A stretch of 64,000 nucleotides of DNA from Felis catus (lineage: Eukaryota), in contig NC_058368.1 in NCBI RefSeq assembly GCF_018350175.1, positions 185,568,001 through 185,632,000 on the forward strand. Direction: 5' to 3'. How positions within the stretch are numbered: the first letter of the stretch is position 1; every line of letters begins with the position of its first letter. Shown piece after piece: positions 63,333 through 64,000 of this stretch. The position numbers and the translations under genes were made by a program. The notes beneath the pieces were generated by a model that had not been told where the DNA came from, did no database searches, and worked only from the letters and a program-made list of their open reading frames with translations.

Positions 63333-63548
63333 GGGGCGCCTGGGTGGCGCAGTCGGTTAAGCGTCCGACTTCAGCCAGGTCACGATCTCCCGGTCCTGGA
63401 GTTCGAGCCCCGCGTCAGGCTCTGGGCTGATGGCTCAGAGCCTGGAGCCTGTTTCCGATTCTGTGTCTCCCTCTCTCTCTGCCCCTCCCCCGTTCATGCT
63501 CTGTCTCTCTCTGTCCCAAAAATAAATAAATGTTGAAAAAAAATTAAA
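63333..63548 (+). mobile_element. Young felid Can-SINE
   Basis: Near-consensus; TSD aaaaaaatcaaatcta preceded by tt (canonical TT/AAAA site). Confidence 0.97.
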
Positions 63549-64000
63549 AAAAAAATCAAATCTATTTGTCATTGACTTCATTAAATTTTTTGAGATGTCT
63601 TAAAGTTTTACCTTAAGCTGAAAATAGCTTATATCATCTTCTATTTTTTTTTTTTTCTGCCAGGGTTATTTTAATTGAGGTTATATTATGCTGAGCAAGG
63701 CTATATATTACTTCTGACAAGAGGTTTTTTTGGTAAAATTTTGTAAAATGAGAGCCAAAGAAGTAACCTTTCACAATTTATTTATACAATGGTAACCATA
63801 GCTTTAACAATGTACTAGGCAGTATGAGTACAAAATTAGTTTGTCCCAATAAGTTAATCTTGCTAGAAAAAATTTTAAATAAAATTAGGCAATAAATTGA
63901 TGGAACATATATGGCCTCTCTGTACTACTAACCTTAGTAATATAAACTCACATGTTTATCCCTGCTGGTTTTTGTTATTTTGGTATTTTCCACTATCAAT

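Overview
AT-rich, repeat-dense mammalian DNA from a felid (cat family), judged from near-consensus felid Can-SINEs and a felid-type LINE-1. No intact long protein-coding ORF, rRNA, tRNA gene, CRISPR array or prokaryotic system is present. The window holds about 25 tRNA-derived Can-SINEs (17 minus, 8 plus) and one full-length but disrupted L1 on the minus strand (~37075-43238). It also holds several solo LTRs (MaLR, ERV1-like, and one with a 6-bp TSD), DNA-transposon fossils (MER5, MER53, MER102, Tigger1 derivative), L2, MIR and old L1 fragments, and a ~580-bp (TA)n array with inverted units. A few short non-repetitive segments have good + strand splice signals (best: 13382-13462, 17888-17965, 27606-27720, 47337-47427). 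This suggests the window lies inside a large + strand spliced gene (coding, lncRNA or pseudogene) that I cannot name. Repeat family names are from recognition, not a database search. The most notable items are an ORF0-like antisense ORF with splice donors in the L1 5'UTR, the fold-back-built AT array, a tail-less young SINE, two nearby SINEs sharing a private variant, and a possible class II ERV solo LTR.
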